Shown piece by piece: positions 63,677 to 64,000 of a stretch of DNA of 64,000 bases (position 1 is the stretch's first letter; each line of letters begins with the position of its first letter). The notes under the pieces were generated by a model. It was not told the origin of the DNA. It saw only the letters and a list, made by a program, of their open reading frames with translations, and ran no database searches. Source of the DNA: Paraspadella gotoi (Eukaryota > Animalia > Chaetognatha); NCBI GenBank assembly GCA_051294375.1, contig CM119263.1, forward strand, positions 21,932,494-21,996,493, in the 5' to 3' direction. Position numbers and translations under genes: made by a program.

Positions 63677-64000
63677 TGAAGAGACAGTAATTATTGTTAT
63701 GTGTTAGTGACAGAAACGTTCAATATAAGCAGTCCCTGAGCTGTAACACCGTGTTACAAGCTGGTTAAGCACCCCGTCCCTCTTAACTGCCAGGCGACCA
63801 CCGGGCGAAAACCCTGGACCTTTGGGTTGGGAAACGAATGACTTGCCTCCGGCACCAATGGCTGCTGATGAACGGTTGGAGGATTTTTAGTCCATCATAC
63901 ATCCCCCCGTCCCGTAGGGAGAAGTCTGTTGCGTCCCTTCAGTAAATTGTTATTGTTGGTGGAAAGTTGAGGCATGTCGCCTGATGTGTTGTTGGCGGAA
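63677..64000 (-). mobile_element. tRNA-derived repeat family A, inverted copy running off the window end
   Basis: Reverse complement of 36110-36420 and 35821-36043. Confidence 0.8.

Overview
AT-rich, microsatellite-rich, intron-containing animal (probably invertebrate) genomic DNA with GC3-rich exons and three 10-N gaps. Five protein-coding loci were reconstructed by hand from splice sites and reading phase. (1) A 5'-partial PLC-delta-type phospholipase C (+, ~389-20588; PH, EF-hands, X, Y, C2). (2) An intronless, unusually short DEG/ENaC/ASIC-family channel ORF (+, 6401-7588) nested on the same strand inside a PLC intron. (3) A ~20-exon uncharacterised coiled-coil/basic-tail protein (+, ~23138-49347). 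(4) A type I membrane protein (-, 54749-50568; signal peptide, CUB-like, Ig-like, mucin stalk, TM, micro-exon repeat tail). (5) A HAD-family phosphatase (+, 57708-59800). The introns also hold a tRNA-Gly(TCC) with decayed copies, Penelope-like element remnants and hammerhead-ribozyme relics, a Gypsy-type LTR with a tRNA-Leu PBS, hAT, Tc1/mariner-type and foldback MITEs, a DINE-1/Helentron-like element and several tRNA-derived repeat families. Best leads: the nested mini-channel, which could in principle splice in frame onto the PLC PH/EF exons, and a G-rich-5'/C-rich-3' intron polarity that accompanies degenerate splice sites. All gene models are manual and unverified by RNA data or database searches.
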